A stretch of DNA of 64,000 nucleotides from Bacillota bacterium (lineage in GTDB: Bacteria > Bacillota > UBA5301): contig JAAYHC010000012.1 in assembly GCA_012735535.1 (NCBI GenBank), positions 12,059 through 76,058 on the forward strand, given 5' to 3'. Under the pieces are notes generated by a model that saw nothing but the letters and a program-made list of their open reading frames with translations, did no database searches and was not told the origin of the DNA. Positions 1-9,502 of this stretch are shown piece by piece; within the stretch, counting starts at the first letter, position 1, and each line of letters opens with the position of its first letter. Both the position numbers and the translations under genes were made by a program.

Positions 1-168
1 CCGCAAGAAAAAGAGGTTCTCATTTGGCCGCTGGCCTACTTGCCGGAGGATATTCGGGAAGGCGATATATTATCTGTGGAGATCGCCCGCGATGAAACGG
101 CTACCAGCGAAGCCAAGCAACGAGTCACAAGCTTGTTAAACCGCCTAATCGAGAAGGGCCAAGAGTAA
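1..168 (+). CDS. DUF3006-like small protein, 3' end only (5'-partial)
   Basis: Frame-1 ORF runs off the 5' edge and stops with TAA at 166-168. The tail ...LPEDIREGDILSVEI...LLNRL resembles DUF3006 proteins. Confidence 0.45.
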   Translation, partial: PQEKEVLIWPLAYLPEDIREGDILSVEIARDETATSEAKQRVTSLLNRLIEKGQE

Positions 169-444
169 CTGTGATGCTTTGGCCATCTGCTCTCGATATA
201 CTTTTTCATCCGGTGACAACAGGATTTTAATCCGAAAGACCCCTCCTTCGGTTAGGTTGTGTTCCCCGATCGGCAGCAACCACTCCGATCCACAATCCGT
301 TTCGATTTTTGCCCAGCCCTCATCATAGCAATCCAGCACACCTAGACAAGAAAATGAGATCTCTGTCGGCTGAGAGGCCGCCCTTGACAACCAGGATAGG
401 CTTAGGAGCAGACATATTGATGTTGTTTGCAAGACCTTCCTCAT
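145..444 (-). CDS. Small Cys-containing putative secreted protein (hypothetical)
   Basis: 99-aa ORF with a hydrophobic N-terminus (signal-peptide-like) and 5 Cys. No convincing RBS. It overlaps the 3' end of the upstream gene, so it may be spurious. Confidence 0.25.
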   Translation of the reverse strand: MRKVLQTTSICLLLSLSWLSRAASQPTEISFSCLGVLDCYDEGWAKIETDCGSEWLLPIGEHNLTEGGVFRIKILLSPDEKVYREQMAKASQLLLALLD

Positions 445-622
445 GTTCGTATTTTCGCAAATTTATCTATTAGTAGCAACCGCGATGACTGTGGTTTAGA
501 TCGATTTAGTGCAGATACTCAGTAAGCTTTGACTGGAGTAGACTCACTTTTTCACTCTTGCAAGGGAAAATCTGCATCTCATATCCCAATTTGTCCCTGG
601 ACACTATAAGCACCAAGAGGAG

Positions 623-1351
623 GTGTTTACGGTGTCCGTAGGGCTAATTGTCCTAGTCGGCCTTACTGTTGCCATCTTTGCCGGCTTGGCGGATCGGGTC
701 TTTGACCGCCTGAGGCTGACGGATTCGCAAGCGCTGCTATTCATCGTGGCCATTGCGATCGGCAGCTTCATTGATATTCCCATAGCTAGTCAGCCGGTAA
801 GGGTGTCCTTAAATGTGGGCGGCGGTTTACTGCCGATCGGCTTGGCCATCTATTTATTGGTGCGGGCCGGAACGACTAAAGAGTGGACGAGAGCAATTGT
901 AGCCACCTTAGTCACCGGCGTTGTTCTCTTAGGTCTACGCTATTTGATGCGCGGGTTTGGTCACGGCCGGGCCGACCTGATTGACCCATTGTACGTAATC
1001 GGTATTGTTGGCGGACTCGTCGGTTATCTGGCCGGCCGGTCACGAAGGTCCGCTTTCATCGCCGCGACGCTAGGCGTGCTGTTTACCGAGGCGGCGTACT
1101 ACTTTTCCGCCGTCAGCCAAGGGGTGCAAGGAACGGTTAGCATCGGTGGCGCCGGCGGTTTCGATGCGACGGTGATCTCCGGTGTTCTCGCCGTCCTCCT
1201 CGCCGAGGTGATCGGTGAGACACGGGAGCGGTTGGGCGGCGGTCCGGATGAAGATCGGGAGTACCCGCCCGGATTGCGAGTTTCCAATGTCATAGATCAA
1301 GACAACCAGAGTGACGCAGAAGATCAGACGACAAGAAAGGAGGGGGAATGA
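623..1351 (+). CDS. Polytopic membrane protein, DUF1614-like
   Basis: GTG start preceded by AGGAGG. Multiple hydrophobic helices and a Gly-rich segment. The 3' end overlaps the spoIIP start (ATGA). Confidence 0.55.
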   Translation: MFTVSVGLIVLVGLTVAIFAGLADRVFDRLRLTDSQALLFIVAIAIGSFIDIPIASQPVRVSLNVGGGLLPIGLAIYLLVRAGTTKEWTRAIVATLVTGVVLLGLRYLMRGFGHGRADLIDPLYVIGIVGGLVGYLAGRSRRSAFIAATLGVLFTEAAYYFSAVSQGVQGTVSIGGAGGFDATVISGVLAVLLAEVIGETRERLGGGPDEDREYPPGLRVSNVIDQDNQSDAEDQTTRKEGE

Positions 1352-2586
1352 TGCGCCAACTCTGCCTCATCATCAGCATCGGACTGATCTTTGGCGCGGT
1401 GCTCCCGGTTTGCGGCGCGGATTTTTTCGACCAACACGGGGGAACCGACTTTTTTACGATCACCGATGAAGATGGCAAAGTCATTTCCAAACTTGCCTCT
1501 CTGGTTTCGGCCGGTGATTATCTGATCACCGAAGACGACTCCGGTTATCGGATCATCTCTGTAGAGCAGTTTCGGGCCACAGCCAAATATGAGGGGAAAG
1601 TGGATCTGAACCGGCCGGGGTGGGTGATGGTTCAGGAAGCCGAAACCGATAACGAGTCTGTTCGGGAGACGATGAGTATACCTGTACAAGCCGAAAAACC
1701 GAAAATCGGCCTTTATTTTACCCACAGTGAAGAATCCTATGTGCCCAATTCCGGAACACACCAGAAGAAAAAGGGTGACATTTACCGAGTTGGCGAGACC
1801 TTGGCCGAGTCTTTGCGCAAAAACGGCGCTGAAGCGGTCGTGGCTGAGGAGATTCATAGCCCCCGGGATGCCAACTCCTACAATCGGTCGCGTCCGACAG
1901 CAATTAGGCTGTTACGACAACGCCCGGCCATTTTAATCGACTTGCACCGTGATGGGATCCCTGATCCCGATTACTACAACAAAACCGTCAAGGGCGAACA
2001 GATTGCTCAAGTGCGCATAGTTGTCGGCAAACAAAATGCCAACCGCTCGGTGAACTTCGACTTTGCCAAAGCTTTAAAGGCGAAGGCCAATGAGATGTAT
2101 CCGGGGTTGGTCAAGGAGATTTTTTGGGCCAAGGGCAACTATAATCAAGACCTCGCTCCGCGGGCAATTCTATTGGAGTTCGGGACCCACACGAACAGCT
2201 TGCAGCGAGCGAATAAAGCCGCCGAGATGATGGGTGATGTCCTCGCCTCCATGGCCGGTGCGCCTGCTCCTCAACAAGAAGGAGCCGGAACGCAAAGAGA
2301 GCAACGACAGCAGCCTACCGGACGCCAGGTCGCACAGAACACCGCCGAGGCTGGGGACCAGAGCGGCGGCTGGAGTTCGGCCTTATGGTTGCTAGTGATC
2401 GTCGTAGTGGGTTTCATCGTCTACGCTTTGATTAATTCTGAGGGACTCGGCGGTATCAAGTACATGTTACAGAAATTTAGATCGAAAGAACTTTCCGGCT
2501 TTTTCGGTAAAGTACCGAAGTCGGAGGAGAAACGAGTCATCAAAATCCCCCCTGATGACCAGGAAGACCAGGCTGATCAAGACTAG
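1348..2586 (+). CDS. spoIIP: Stage II sporulation protein P (SpoIIP) with an unusual C-terminal TM extension
   Basis: Carries the conserved block KIGLYFTHSEESYVP plus RDANSYNRS...ILIDLHRDG typical of SpoIIP. N-terminal signal/TM. An extra low-complexity linker and TM helix at the C-terminus. Confidence 0.75.
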   Translation: MMRQLCLIISIGLIFGAVLPVCGADFFDQHGGTDFFTITDEDGKVISKLASLVSAGDYLITEDDSGYRIISVEQFRATAKYEGKVDLNRPGWVMVQEAETDNESVRETMSIPVQAEKPKIGLYFTHSEESYVPNSGTHQKKKGDIYRVGETLAESLRKNGAEAVVAEEIHSPRDANSYNRSRPTAIRLLRQRPAILIDLHRDGIPDPDYYNKTVKGEQIAQVRIVVGKQNANRSVNFDFAKALKAKANEMYPGLVKEIFWAKGNYNQDLAPRAILLEFGTHTNSLQRANKAAEMMGDVLASMAGAPAPQQEGAGTQREQRQQPTGRQVAQNTAEAGDQSGGWSSALWLLVIVVVGFIVYALINSEGLGGIKYMLQKFRSKELSGFFGKVPKSEEKRVIKIPPDDQEDQADQD

Positions 2587-2662
2587 ATCTGTGCAAATAG
2601 CTGTGAGCCCCGGAGCCATGTGGGCTCACAGCATTTTGTTCACCCTTCCAATTTGGCATAAA

Positions 2663-3994
2663 ATGGATAATAATAAAACTGACCGTGCATATCTTTTACA
2701 AAGGGTGGTAGTGGTGGAGGGTACCGCAAGGCCGAAGTTGGCGGTCGTTCTATCCGGCGGGGGTTTACGCTCGGCCGCCCAAATTGGCGTTCTGCAAGTA
2801 TTAGAAGAATACGGGCTGCGCCCACAATGTATCGTGGGCACATCGGGCGGGGCAATTGTTGCCGCTCTATATGCCTCCGGACTGAGGCCGCAGGAGATTG
2901 CCGCGCTTTACCGGTCGATTATCGGTCGGGAACACAGGTTTATCGATTTAGCCTTAGGTCAGTTTTGGCAAGCTTTCATCTCCTGGGATCTTTCGAAGGT
3001 CAAAGGGCTGATTAAAGGCGAGCGTATCCGCAAATACCTACACAAGCAGTTTCGCTTGGTCAAAAAGTTTACCGATTTTACCAACCTGCCACCTGACCGA
3101 AAAGCGGAAGTTGTCGAACTCTATCTGACCGCCGTGGACATCAACGACGGGAGCGAGGTGGTCTTCTGCAAACCCCGGCACGAGCTCTCCGCCAGATATA
3201 CGGAGTCTCTGGAAAAAGTTCGTTTACAGAGCGACATTTCTCTCGCTGATGCGGTCCGCTCATCCATCGGGATACCGGGGATTTTTGTGCCTTTTGCCTC
3301 GGCCGGCACCCATTACGTTGATGGCGGTCTACGCGATAACCTGCCTTTGATGGTAGCGGTAAAATTGGGCGGCGCTGATCGTGTGCTCGGAGTCGACTTG
3401 GGTTATGCCGGTTTACGCCAGGAAGCTCTGGTCGAGAAAGGGATTGTGGAGATCCTCTCCCAGAGCATTGATATTATGAGTATGGATCAACTGGCAGCCG
3501 ATATCCGCGATAAGGAGCTGTCACAGGTTCCGATGGTGATCTTGAATCCGATGATTTACGATGTTGGCCTCTTGGATACGGAGTATATCCCGGAGATGAT
3601 CAACCGGGGCAGATTGCTTGCCGAGACTTTTTTTGCTCGTCAAGGACTCAAACCGCAGTTGGATCCGGCAGAGAACCTCCGCTTACTCTTTGCGGGGATC
3701 CGGCAGCCTACCTTATTCCCGACCAAGGAGGATGATGAGTATCAGCTCTTCCGCCAGCAGCTAACCGTGACCCGCTCGGTGGCAAGCTCTGAGCCAACCA
3801 TTCTCAACAAGGTCGGCGACTTCTTTGACCTTGTGCGGGAGAAAATCGTTCTGGCTTGCGGGCTGCTTTTATTGGCCTGCGGCCTGATCCTGGTCTGGGG
3901 CGATCCGTTACAGGTTCAGGGGGTGGGCATCGGTCTAATCATCGTTGGTTTAGTGGCGGTCTATCGGAGTACGATTGGCGTCAAACAACAATAA
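2663..3994 (+). CDS. Patatin-like phospholipase with C-terminal TM anchor
   Basis: Oxyanion/Gly-rich loop VVLSGGGLRS, nucleophile elbow GTSGG (GxSxG), and a catalytic Asp region DGGLRDN. Two C-terminal hydrophobic helices. Start is uncertain (alternatives at 2555 and 2618). Confidence 0.7.
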   Translation: MDNNKTDRAYLLQRVVVVEGTARPKLAVVLSGGGLRSAAQIGVLQVLEEYGLRPQCIVGTSGGAIVAALYASGLRPQEIAALYRSIIGREHRFIDLALGQFWQAFISWDLSKVKGLIKGERIRKYLHKQFRLVKKFTDFTNLPPDRKAEVVELYLTAVDINDGSEVVFCKPRHELSARYTESLEKVRLQSDISLADAVRSSIGIPGIFVPFASAGTHYVDGGLRDNLPLMVAVKLGGADRVLGVDLGYAGLRQEALVEKGIVEILSQSIDIMSMDQLAADIRDKELSQVPMVILNPMIYDVGLLDTEYIPEMINRGRLLAETFFARQGLKPQLDPAENLRLLFAGIRQPTLFPTKEDDEYQLFRQQLTVTRSVASSEPTILNKVGDFFDLVREKIVLACGLLLLACGLILVWGDPLQVQGVGIGLIIVGLVAVYRSTIGVKQQ

Positions 3995-4037
3995 ACAATA
4001 GAGGTTTTCGTTGCCATTTAGCGAACATGGTACTTGA

Positions 4038-6071
4038 ATGGCAAGAGTGGTGAGTACCGTGTTTGTCACAGAGTTCCGGCGCAACCTTATTCACCGGGCC
4101 TTTCTCATCAGCGGGCTGGCGGTTTATCTGCTTGCAGCTATTTTTCTTTGGTTTTCCCGAGAACTGCCCAATGTTTATCTCTCTGAAGGGATTATCATTG
4201 TTATCTTAGGATTAATTCATAGTGCCTATTTGATGGGTATCAGTCCCGATGACAGCGGCTTAAAACGCGTTGAGCAGCGTTTTGAGGTTCACATCTGTAT
4301 CCATATTGTCATTGTTTTCGGTCTGGTCTCTGTGACCGGTGGTGCGACGAGTCCGTTTAAGATGTATCTGCCGTTTGCGGTGACTCTGGTATCTTATGCA
4401 TTCGGCAACATTTTTTCGGCTATCAGTGTTGTCGGGATAATGAGCGCGTATTCACTCTTGACTTTTGCGACAGGAGACCGGGTGATGCTCCGAATTCTCC
4501 TGCCGCACCTTTCGTTTTTCGCCATCGCCGCTTGGCTCGGGTATTATCTGGCGCGCATTCAACACCAAGCCGGTATGCATGTCACCAAGACTTTACTCAA
4601 TTTGGAGGATGCCGTCGCGGCCGAGCAAGCCTTCCACGAAGCGGGGAAGGCGTTGGTGAGCAACATCGGCCTCGCCGAGACTTTACAGATCATCCTGAAC
4701 TACGCGATTAAACTGGTCGACGGGTTTTCGGGTTGTATCGGCACTTGGGATGCACAAAAGGGCAAAGGCACCTATGCCGCAATTTCGGGTCTCCAAGCGT
4801 TACAGGGCCAATCCTTTGATGCCCAAACCGGAGTCTTTGGCCGGGTGGCGACCACCGCCGAGCCGATGTTGGTCGAAGATTATTCTACTTGCCCATATCG
4901 GTTGGAGCTTTTGGCTGAGTATCAGCTCGGATCATTGATCGCTATTCCCTTGCAGCTTGGTGATCAACTTTTAGGAGTCTTGGGCATCTTTAATCGGCCG
5001 GGAGACCAGCCGTTTGGCCAGCAACACCTGTTGCTGCTGCAAACCTTTGCGGACTTGGCTGCTTCGGCCATCAACCGAGCCAACTTGTATCAGGAGGTTT
5101 CGACCAAGTCGGAACAGTTGGCCGCGTTATTGAAAATCTCCCAACAAATCGCCTGCTCGCTTGACCAGAATGAGATCTTGCAAACAGTCTTGAACACGGC
5201 CGTCAAACACTCTTTGGCCCAGGATGGCTTTATCTGTTTAATATCCGAGGACGGCACTCAGATCCAAAAAGTAGCGATGGCTAATCCTCAGGCCCAGACA
5301 CCACATAATTTACCTGTTTCTTTGGGCGACAACCCGATTCTGGCCCAACTGATTAACAGCAAGGAAATGATTGAGCTAACTATCTCCGAGGATAGCGAGC
5401 CGCCTAATTGCCTGCGAGGGCTAAAGGCCAAAAATGTGATTATGGTGCCCCTGATCGGTCGGGAACAGGTCATGGGGGCTTTGGTCTGCGGGAAAGACAG
5501 TGATGAAGACTTTGATCAATCGGCCAAAGATTTTCTGGTGCAGTTGGCCCTCTCGGCGGCGATTGCGATTGATAATGCCCGCTTGTATCAGAGGATCCAC
5601 ATGCTGGCCATTTGTGATCCGCTGACCGGTCTGTTCAACCGCCGCTTACTCTTTAAAGATTTGGAGCGCGAAGTCAAACTTTGTTTGCGCCGGAACTCTT
5701 CCCTCACCTTTATAATGCTGGATATAGACGATTTTAAGCTCTACAATGATCTCCACGGGCATCAGGCCGGGGATTTCATCTTGCGCAGTTTCGCCGAGAT
5801 TCTGCGTAATGAGTTGCGGGAAACCGACCTCATCTACCGGTACGGTGGTGAGGAGTTTTGCGTCATTTTATCAGGCATTGGGAAAGAGGAGGCCGCCGGT
5901 ATCGCCGACCGGATTCATGCGGCCTTGGGCAAGGCGGAGCTGGGTATCACCGTTTCGATCGGGTTGGCGACCTTTCCCGAGGATAGTAAAACAATCCAGG
6001 AGCTGATCAGTATCGCCGACTCGGCGATGTACCGGGCAAAAAAAGCCGGCAAGAATAACACTTCAGTTTAA
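4038..6071 (+). CDS. Membrane diguanylate cyclase (TM - 2xGAF - GGDEF)
   Basis: C-terminal GGDEF domain with an intact GGEEF motif and an upstream RxxD I-site (RETD). The central regions are GAF-like. N-terminal multi-TM. Confidence 0.8.
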   Translation: MARVVSTVFVTEFRRNLIHRAFLISGLAVYLLAAIFLWFSRELPNVYLSEGIIIVILGLIHSAYLMGISPDDSGLKRVEQRFEVHICIHIVIVFGLVSVTGGATSPFKMYLPFAVTLVSYAFGNIFSAISVVGIMSAYSLLTFATGDRVMLRILLPHLSFFAIAAWLGYYLARIQHQAGMHVTKTLLNLEDAVAAEQAFHEAGKALVSNIGLAETLQIILNYAIKLVDGFSGCIGTWDAQKGKGTYAAISGLQALQGQSFDAQTGVFGRVATTAEPMLVEDYSTCPYRLELLAEYQLGSLIAIPLQLGDQLLGVLGIFNRPGDQPFGQQHLLLLQTFADLAASAINRANLYQEVSTKSEQLAALLKISQQIACSLDQNEILQTVLNTAVKHSLAQDGFICLISEDGTQIQKVAMANPQAQTPHNLPVSLGDNPILAQLINSKEMIELTISEDSEPPNCLRGLKAKNVIMVPLIGREQVMGALVCGKDSDEDFDQSAKDFLVQLALSAAIAIDNARLYQRIHMLAICDPLTGLFNRRLLFKDLEREVKLCLRRNSSLTFIMLDIDDFKLYNDLHGHQAGDFILRSFAEILRNELRETDLIYRYGGEEFCVILSGIGKEEAAGIADRIHAALGKAELGITVSIGLATFPEDSKTIQELISIADSAMYRAKKAGKNNTSV

Positions 6072-6118
6072 CATTATCTCCAGCGTGCCGGAGTAAAACT
6101 GTTGTAGGTGGTTTGCCG

Positions 6119-7159
6119 ATGAAGGCTCCTACGACGAACTTAGCGGCATGCTATTTCACGGCAGCGCTGGTGAACTTTTTGGGCAGCTTAATTTTGGATG
6201 GGATTACCATAGCACTGGGCTTAGAGCAAGGCTTCTTTCAGCTATGGCTTTCTTTTTTTACCGTTTGTTTTCTTTATTTGGCCCTCTTCTATCTCGGTAC
6301 CGATGTTGGCTCAGCCTGGTTTGATCAAGTCTTATTTGCGATTCTACTCTTCATGCTGGTGCTGCTATTTTGCGGAGCTGATCGGCTGCTCATGCCGCTA
6401 GGCCTCGTTATCAGCGCCTTGCTCGGTTGGCTCTTGGTACGCTCCGCCGACTTAGCCTTTCGAACGGGGTTGGCGGGGATAGTAGCGCTCGGAGCTTATC
6501 TGGCGACCAATGGCCTAACCGGCGGCACCAAGCTCTTGCCCGGTCAGGTGTTACTGGATGGAGCCAGTATGTTGCTCTGGCTAAGCGCGTACTGTTGGTA
6601 TTTAGCCGATAGCGGCCGGGTGAAGAAGGCACAGGCGCGGCAGGCTCTGCGTCAACTCATCGCCGTCGCCGTAGTAGGGGGACTCATTTGGTGGTTCAAG
6701 CCGCAGCTAGCCCCCCTGATTAGAGCAGCAGCAGTGATTCCGCTCCTGGCCTTGTGGGGGGATAGTTACTTGCACCGGGCAGACGAATTCTGGGAGATGC
6801 TATTGCTTGGCTTGGTCTGCGTCGGCTTGTTGACGGCTCCGGCGAGTCCGTTGTTTCGCCGAACGCTTATCTGGCCGCTTTATATCATCGGTTTAATCCT
6901 TATCCCCCGGCGCTACCGGCGGCGTTTGCTGGGCCTGGCGCCGCTTGCCGGTAATTTACCCGGTGACCTGTGGTTAAAGATCGGCGCAACACTCTTTTTC
7001 GGCGGTTTATGGGCCGGGGCAACCCCCATCATCCTGATAGGCAACGCCATCTTCCTCTGTAGTTATTTACGGTTCTTACAGGAATTGTTCAGCCTAAGGG
7101 AGCAGGAGTTCTCCCCGACCGAGTTTACCGGAGAAGCCCATATTATCCAGGGATTTTAG
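6119..7159 (+). CDS. Polytopic membrane protein (hypothetical)
   Basis: About 10 hydrophobic helices and no recognisable catalytic motif. ATG at 6119; the track's 6113 is an upstream TTG. Confidence 0.45.
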   Translation: MKAPTTNLAACYFTAALVNFLGSLILDGITIALGLEQGFFQLWLSFFTVCFLYLALFYLGTDVGSAWFDQVLFAILLFMLVLLFCGADRLLMPLGLVISALLGWLLVRSADLAFRTGLAGIVALGAYLATNGLTGGTKLLPGQVLLDGASMLLWLSAYCWYLADSGRVKKAQARQALRQLIAVAVVGGLIWWFKPQLAPLIRAAAVIPLLALWGDSYLHRADEFWEMLLLGLVCVGLLTAPASPLFRRTLIWPLYIIGLILIPRRYRRRLLGLAPLAGNLPGDLWLKIGATLFFGGLWAGATPIILIGNAIFLCSYLRFLQELFSLREQEFSPTEFTGEAHIIQGF

Positions 7160-7171
7160 CGTGGCATCTCG

Positions 7172-7885
7172 TTAGCGCGGTGTCTCAAAGGACGAACTGC
7201 TGAAGTATTGCTTGATCCCTTCAAAAATGCCCTGGCTGGCGCGGTAACGGTACGCCGGATCGGCTAGTCGCTTTTCTTCCCAGAAGTTCGAGATAAAGCC
7301 GACCTCAACCAAGATGGCCGGCATCTTGGTATGGCGGAGGACATAATAGGGGGATGATTTGACCCCGTGGTCGCGTGAGCCGAGAGCTGCGACCAAGGAT
7401 TTTTGGACGCTTTCAGCCAACCGGCGGCTTTGGGCGGAACCGTAATAATAAGTAGTAGTTCCGACGATGGTCCGGTCCTTGTTGGCGTCATTATGGATGC
7501 TGACAAAGAGGTCTGCTTTCGCCTGATTGGCGATATCGACCCTGGTTTCCAGTTGGTTTCGGGTTTTCGATTCGGGAGAGATATCGGTTTCCCGGGTCAT
7601 GACTACGGTAGCCCCGGCTGCTTCGAGCATTGTTTTCAGGTCTTTGGCGATGAATAAGACATTGGTCTTCTCCCAGGTCTTGCCGCTGGCGCCGACCGCT
7701 CCCGCGTTGTACCCCCCGTGTCCGGGGTCAATGACGATCACTTTACCTTTCAGACCATCGGTTTTGGTCCGAGTAGGAGTGAGATCGGCCAGACCGCCAC
7801 CGGCAAGCGTGTCGCCGGTGCCGCCACTGAAGAAATAGATCCCCAAAAGTAAAATGGTAGCCCAAATGCTTGAACGAAGCTTCAT
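7172..7885 (-). CDS. cwlD: N-acetylmuramoyl-L-alanine amidase (Amidase_3), CwlD-like germination-specific
   Basis: Signal peptide. Motifs VIVIDPGHGG and DLFVSIHNDA. 237 aa, the same length as B. subtilis CwlD. Confidence 0.65.
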   Translation of the reverse strand: MKLRSSIWATILLLGIYFFSGGTGDTLAGGGLADLTPTRTKTDGLKGKVIVIDPGHGGYNAGAVGASGKTWEKTNVLFIAKDLKTMLEAAGATVVMTRETDISPESKTRNQLETRVDIANQAKADLFVSIHNDANKDRTIVGTTTYYYGSAQSRRLAESVQKSLVAALGSRDHGVKSSPYYVLRHTKMPAILVEVGFISNFWEEKRLADPAYRYRASQGIFEGIKQYFSSSSFETPR

Positions 7886-8000
7886 CTATCTTTCTCCCTT
7901 CTAGCTACAAACGCTGGTGCGACCGGAGGGCTTACCTTTACTAATTTACTGCTTTGGCAGGTGGGTTTCCTTGATGAAATAAAAGTATGGCCAGGGGGGA

Positions 8001-8678
8001 TTATCCATATGCATTGAGGGTTTTTAGGAAAGAGATTAAGTCGTCCAGGTCCTTACCCTGTAGCTGAAAACGAGGCATCGAATAATCTAGGCGTTTTCCG
8101 CGCGAGTCGATTCCGCGGGTGATCGCGACTTTGAGGGATTCGTCCGTGTACGCCGGGCGCAGCGAGTCCCCGCCTCCAACATCGGAGCGGAGAGTCTGAT
8201 GGTCGATGGCCGGTACAACGACCGACCAATTGCGCAGCTGTAAAAAGCCGCCCCGGCCGGAGTTGCCGTGACAGCCGGCACAGCTGAGATCTGTGAGCAA
8301 GCGACCCGGGTTGCGCATTTGGGCCAGAATTGGTTCGCCGTCCAGGGTTACGAGGGAGTAATAGATGCTTTCGCCATTCGAGGAGTACTCCCGTGGCTCT
8401 TGGTTGTTCGAGTTATCCGGGAAATATGGGCCGGGAACCGGTGTAAAACCGGTGTTATCGTCGGGGTTTTCCGGATATATTTCTTCGGGATCTTGCCAGC
8501 CTCGCGGTGGTACATAAGGGCCAAAATCGGAGCTCCACGGCGGACCACCCGGTCTGGCCGGATAGTACCCGGGATCGGCCAAGAAACCCGTTCCGTTGTT
8601 CAGTTGAGTTACGAAGACACCGAGGATTCCAATGGTCAGCAAAGCGATGCCCAGATAGCGAAAGAGACGAGGTTTCAC
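8001..8678 (-). CDS. Membrane-anchored mono-haem c-type cytochrome-like protein with Pro-rich linker
   Basis: N-terminal TM and a long Pro/Gly/Asn-rich linker. A single CAGCHG (CxxCH) haem-binding motif and a C-terminal amphipathic helix. Confidence 0.45.
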   Translation of the reverse strand: MKPRLFRYLGIALLTIGILGVFVTQLNNGTGFLADPGYYPARPGGPPWSSDFGPYVPPRGWQDPEEIYPENPDDNTGFTPVPGPYFPDNSNNQEPREYSSNGESIYYSLVTLDGEPILAQMRNPGRLLTDLSCAGCHGNSGRGGFLQLRNWSVVVPAIDHQTLRSDVGGGDSLRPAYTDESLKVAITRGIDSRGKRLDYSMPRFQLQGKDLDDLISFLKTLNAYG

Positions 8679-8917
8679 CGCTTCTCCTCCTCACCGAGAT
8701 CCTGCTTCATCCGTAAGTATTCTTCCTGTGACAGCTCGCCTTTGGCGTAGCGCAGCCGCAATATTTCGAGGGCTGATTGCGGGCCGCCGACTTTTAGTGC
8801 GGCATCGGTAAGGTAAGACCGGAGCAAGAGGAAGATTCCGGCGATAATTAGCAACCAAAACAGGTAAGGGAGCAAGCGCCAAATATTTAATGCTACACCG
8901 GACCAAAACTGCATCAT
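8675..8917 (-). CDS. SHOCT-domain small membrane protein
   Basis: Reads MMQFWSG...TM...GPQSALEILRLRYAKGELSQEEYLRMKQDL, a SHOCT-like C-terminus. RBS AGAGGTGA. The stop overlaps the cytochrome start. Confidence 0.5.
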   Translation of the reverse strand: MMQFWSGVALNIWRLLPYLFWLLIIAGIFLLLRSYLTDAALKVGGPQSALEILRLRYAKGELSQEEYLRMKQDLGEEEKR

Positions 8918-8996
8918 ATTATCACCTCTTGCAGGTAATATAACCGATATGGACGAAAATCTCTCTTGTTTTGAGTAAAATTCGGAGTGGAGAGAG

Positions 8997-9497
8997 TTGC
9001 AGGAAATGATCATTCGTAAGGCACAGGAAAGCGATGTTCCGGCAATCACGGCAATATATAACGAAGCCGTCATCGGCAGTACGGCAACTTTTGATCTGGA
9101 ACCGGTGTCGGTAGAAGAGCGTCTGGTCTGGTTTAGCAAGTACGGGGGCAGGTACCCGCTTATTGCGGCCGAAGCCAAGGCCTCCGGCGAGGTTATCGGC
9201 TGGGGCTGTTTGTCGCCTTATTCGGAGAAGGACGGGTACCGCTTCACCGCTGAGCATTCAATCTATGTTTCCCCGCAATATCAGAATCAAGGTGTCGGTA
9301 AGGCCTTGCTGCAGGAGTTGCTTAATTTGGCCCAACAGCATGGATTTCATAGCTTGATCGCGCGGATCAGCAGTGAAAATACCGCCAGCCTCAATTTACA
9401 TCTCGGCTTCGGCTTCGTTCAGGCCGGCGTATTGCGGGAAGTCGGGTACAAATTCGACCGCTGGATCGATATTGTTTTGATGCAAAAACTGCTATAA
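8997..9497 (+). CDS. GNAT N-acetyltransferase (phosphinothricin acetyltransferase-like)
   Basis: Contains a GNAT acetyl-CoA pocket motif (QNQGVGKALL) and is about 165 aa. The start is either TTG at 8997 or ATG at 9006. Confidence 0.7.
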   Translation: MQEMIIRKAQESDVPAITAIYNEAVIGSTATFDLEPVSVEERLVWFSKYGGRYPLIAAEAKASGEVIGWGCLSPYSEKDGYRFTAEHSIYVSPQYQNQGVGKALLQELLNLAQQHGFHSLIARISSENTASLNLHLGFGFVQAGVLREVGYKFDRWIDIVLMQKLL

Positions 9498-9502
9498 AAC
9501 TC

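Noticed and set aside
2555-3994. Patatin-like phospholipase as a CBASS or other phage-defence effector
   Set aside because: There is no cyclase or nucleotidyltransferase, SMODS, or other defence partner nearby. It is flanked by sporulation and c-di-GMP genes, so a membrane-lipid role is more likely.
8001-8678. Calling the CxxCH protein a definite respiratory cytochrome
   Set aside because: A single CxxCH motif in a low-complexity, Pro-rich protein is suggestive only. It is kept as a cytochrome-like call with modest confidence.
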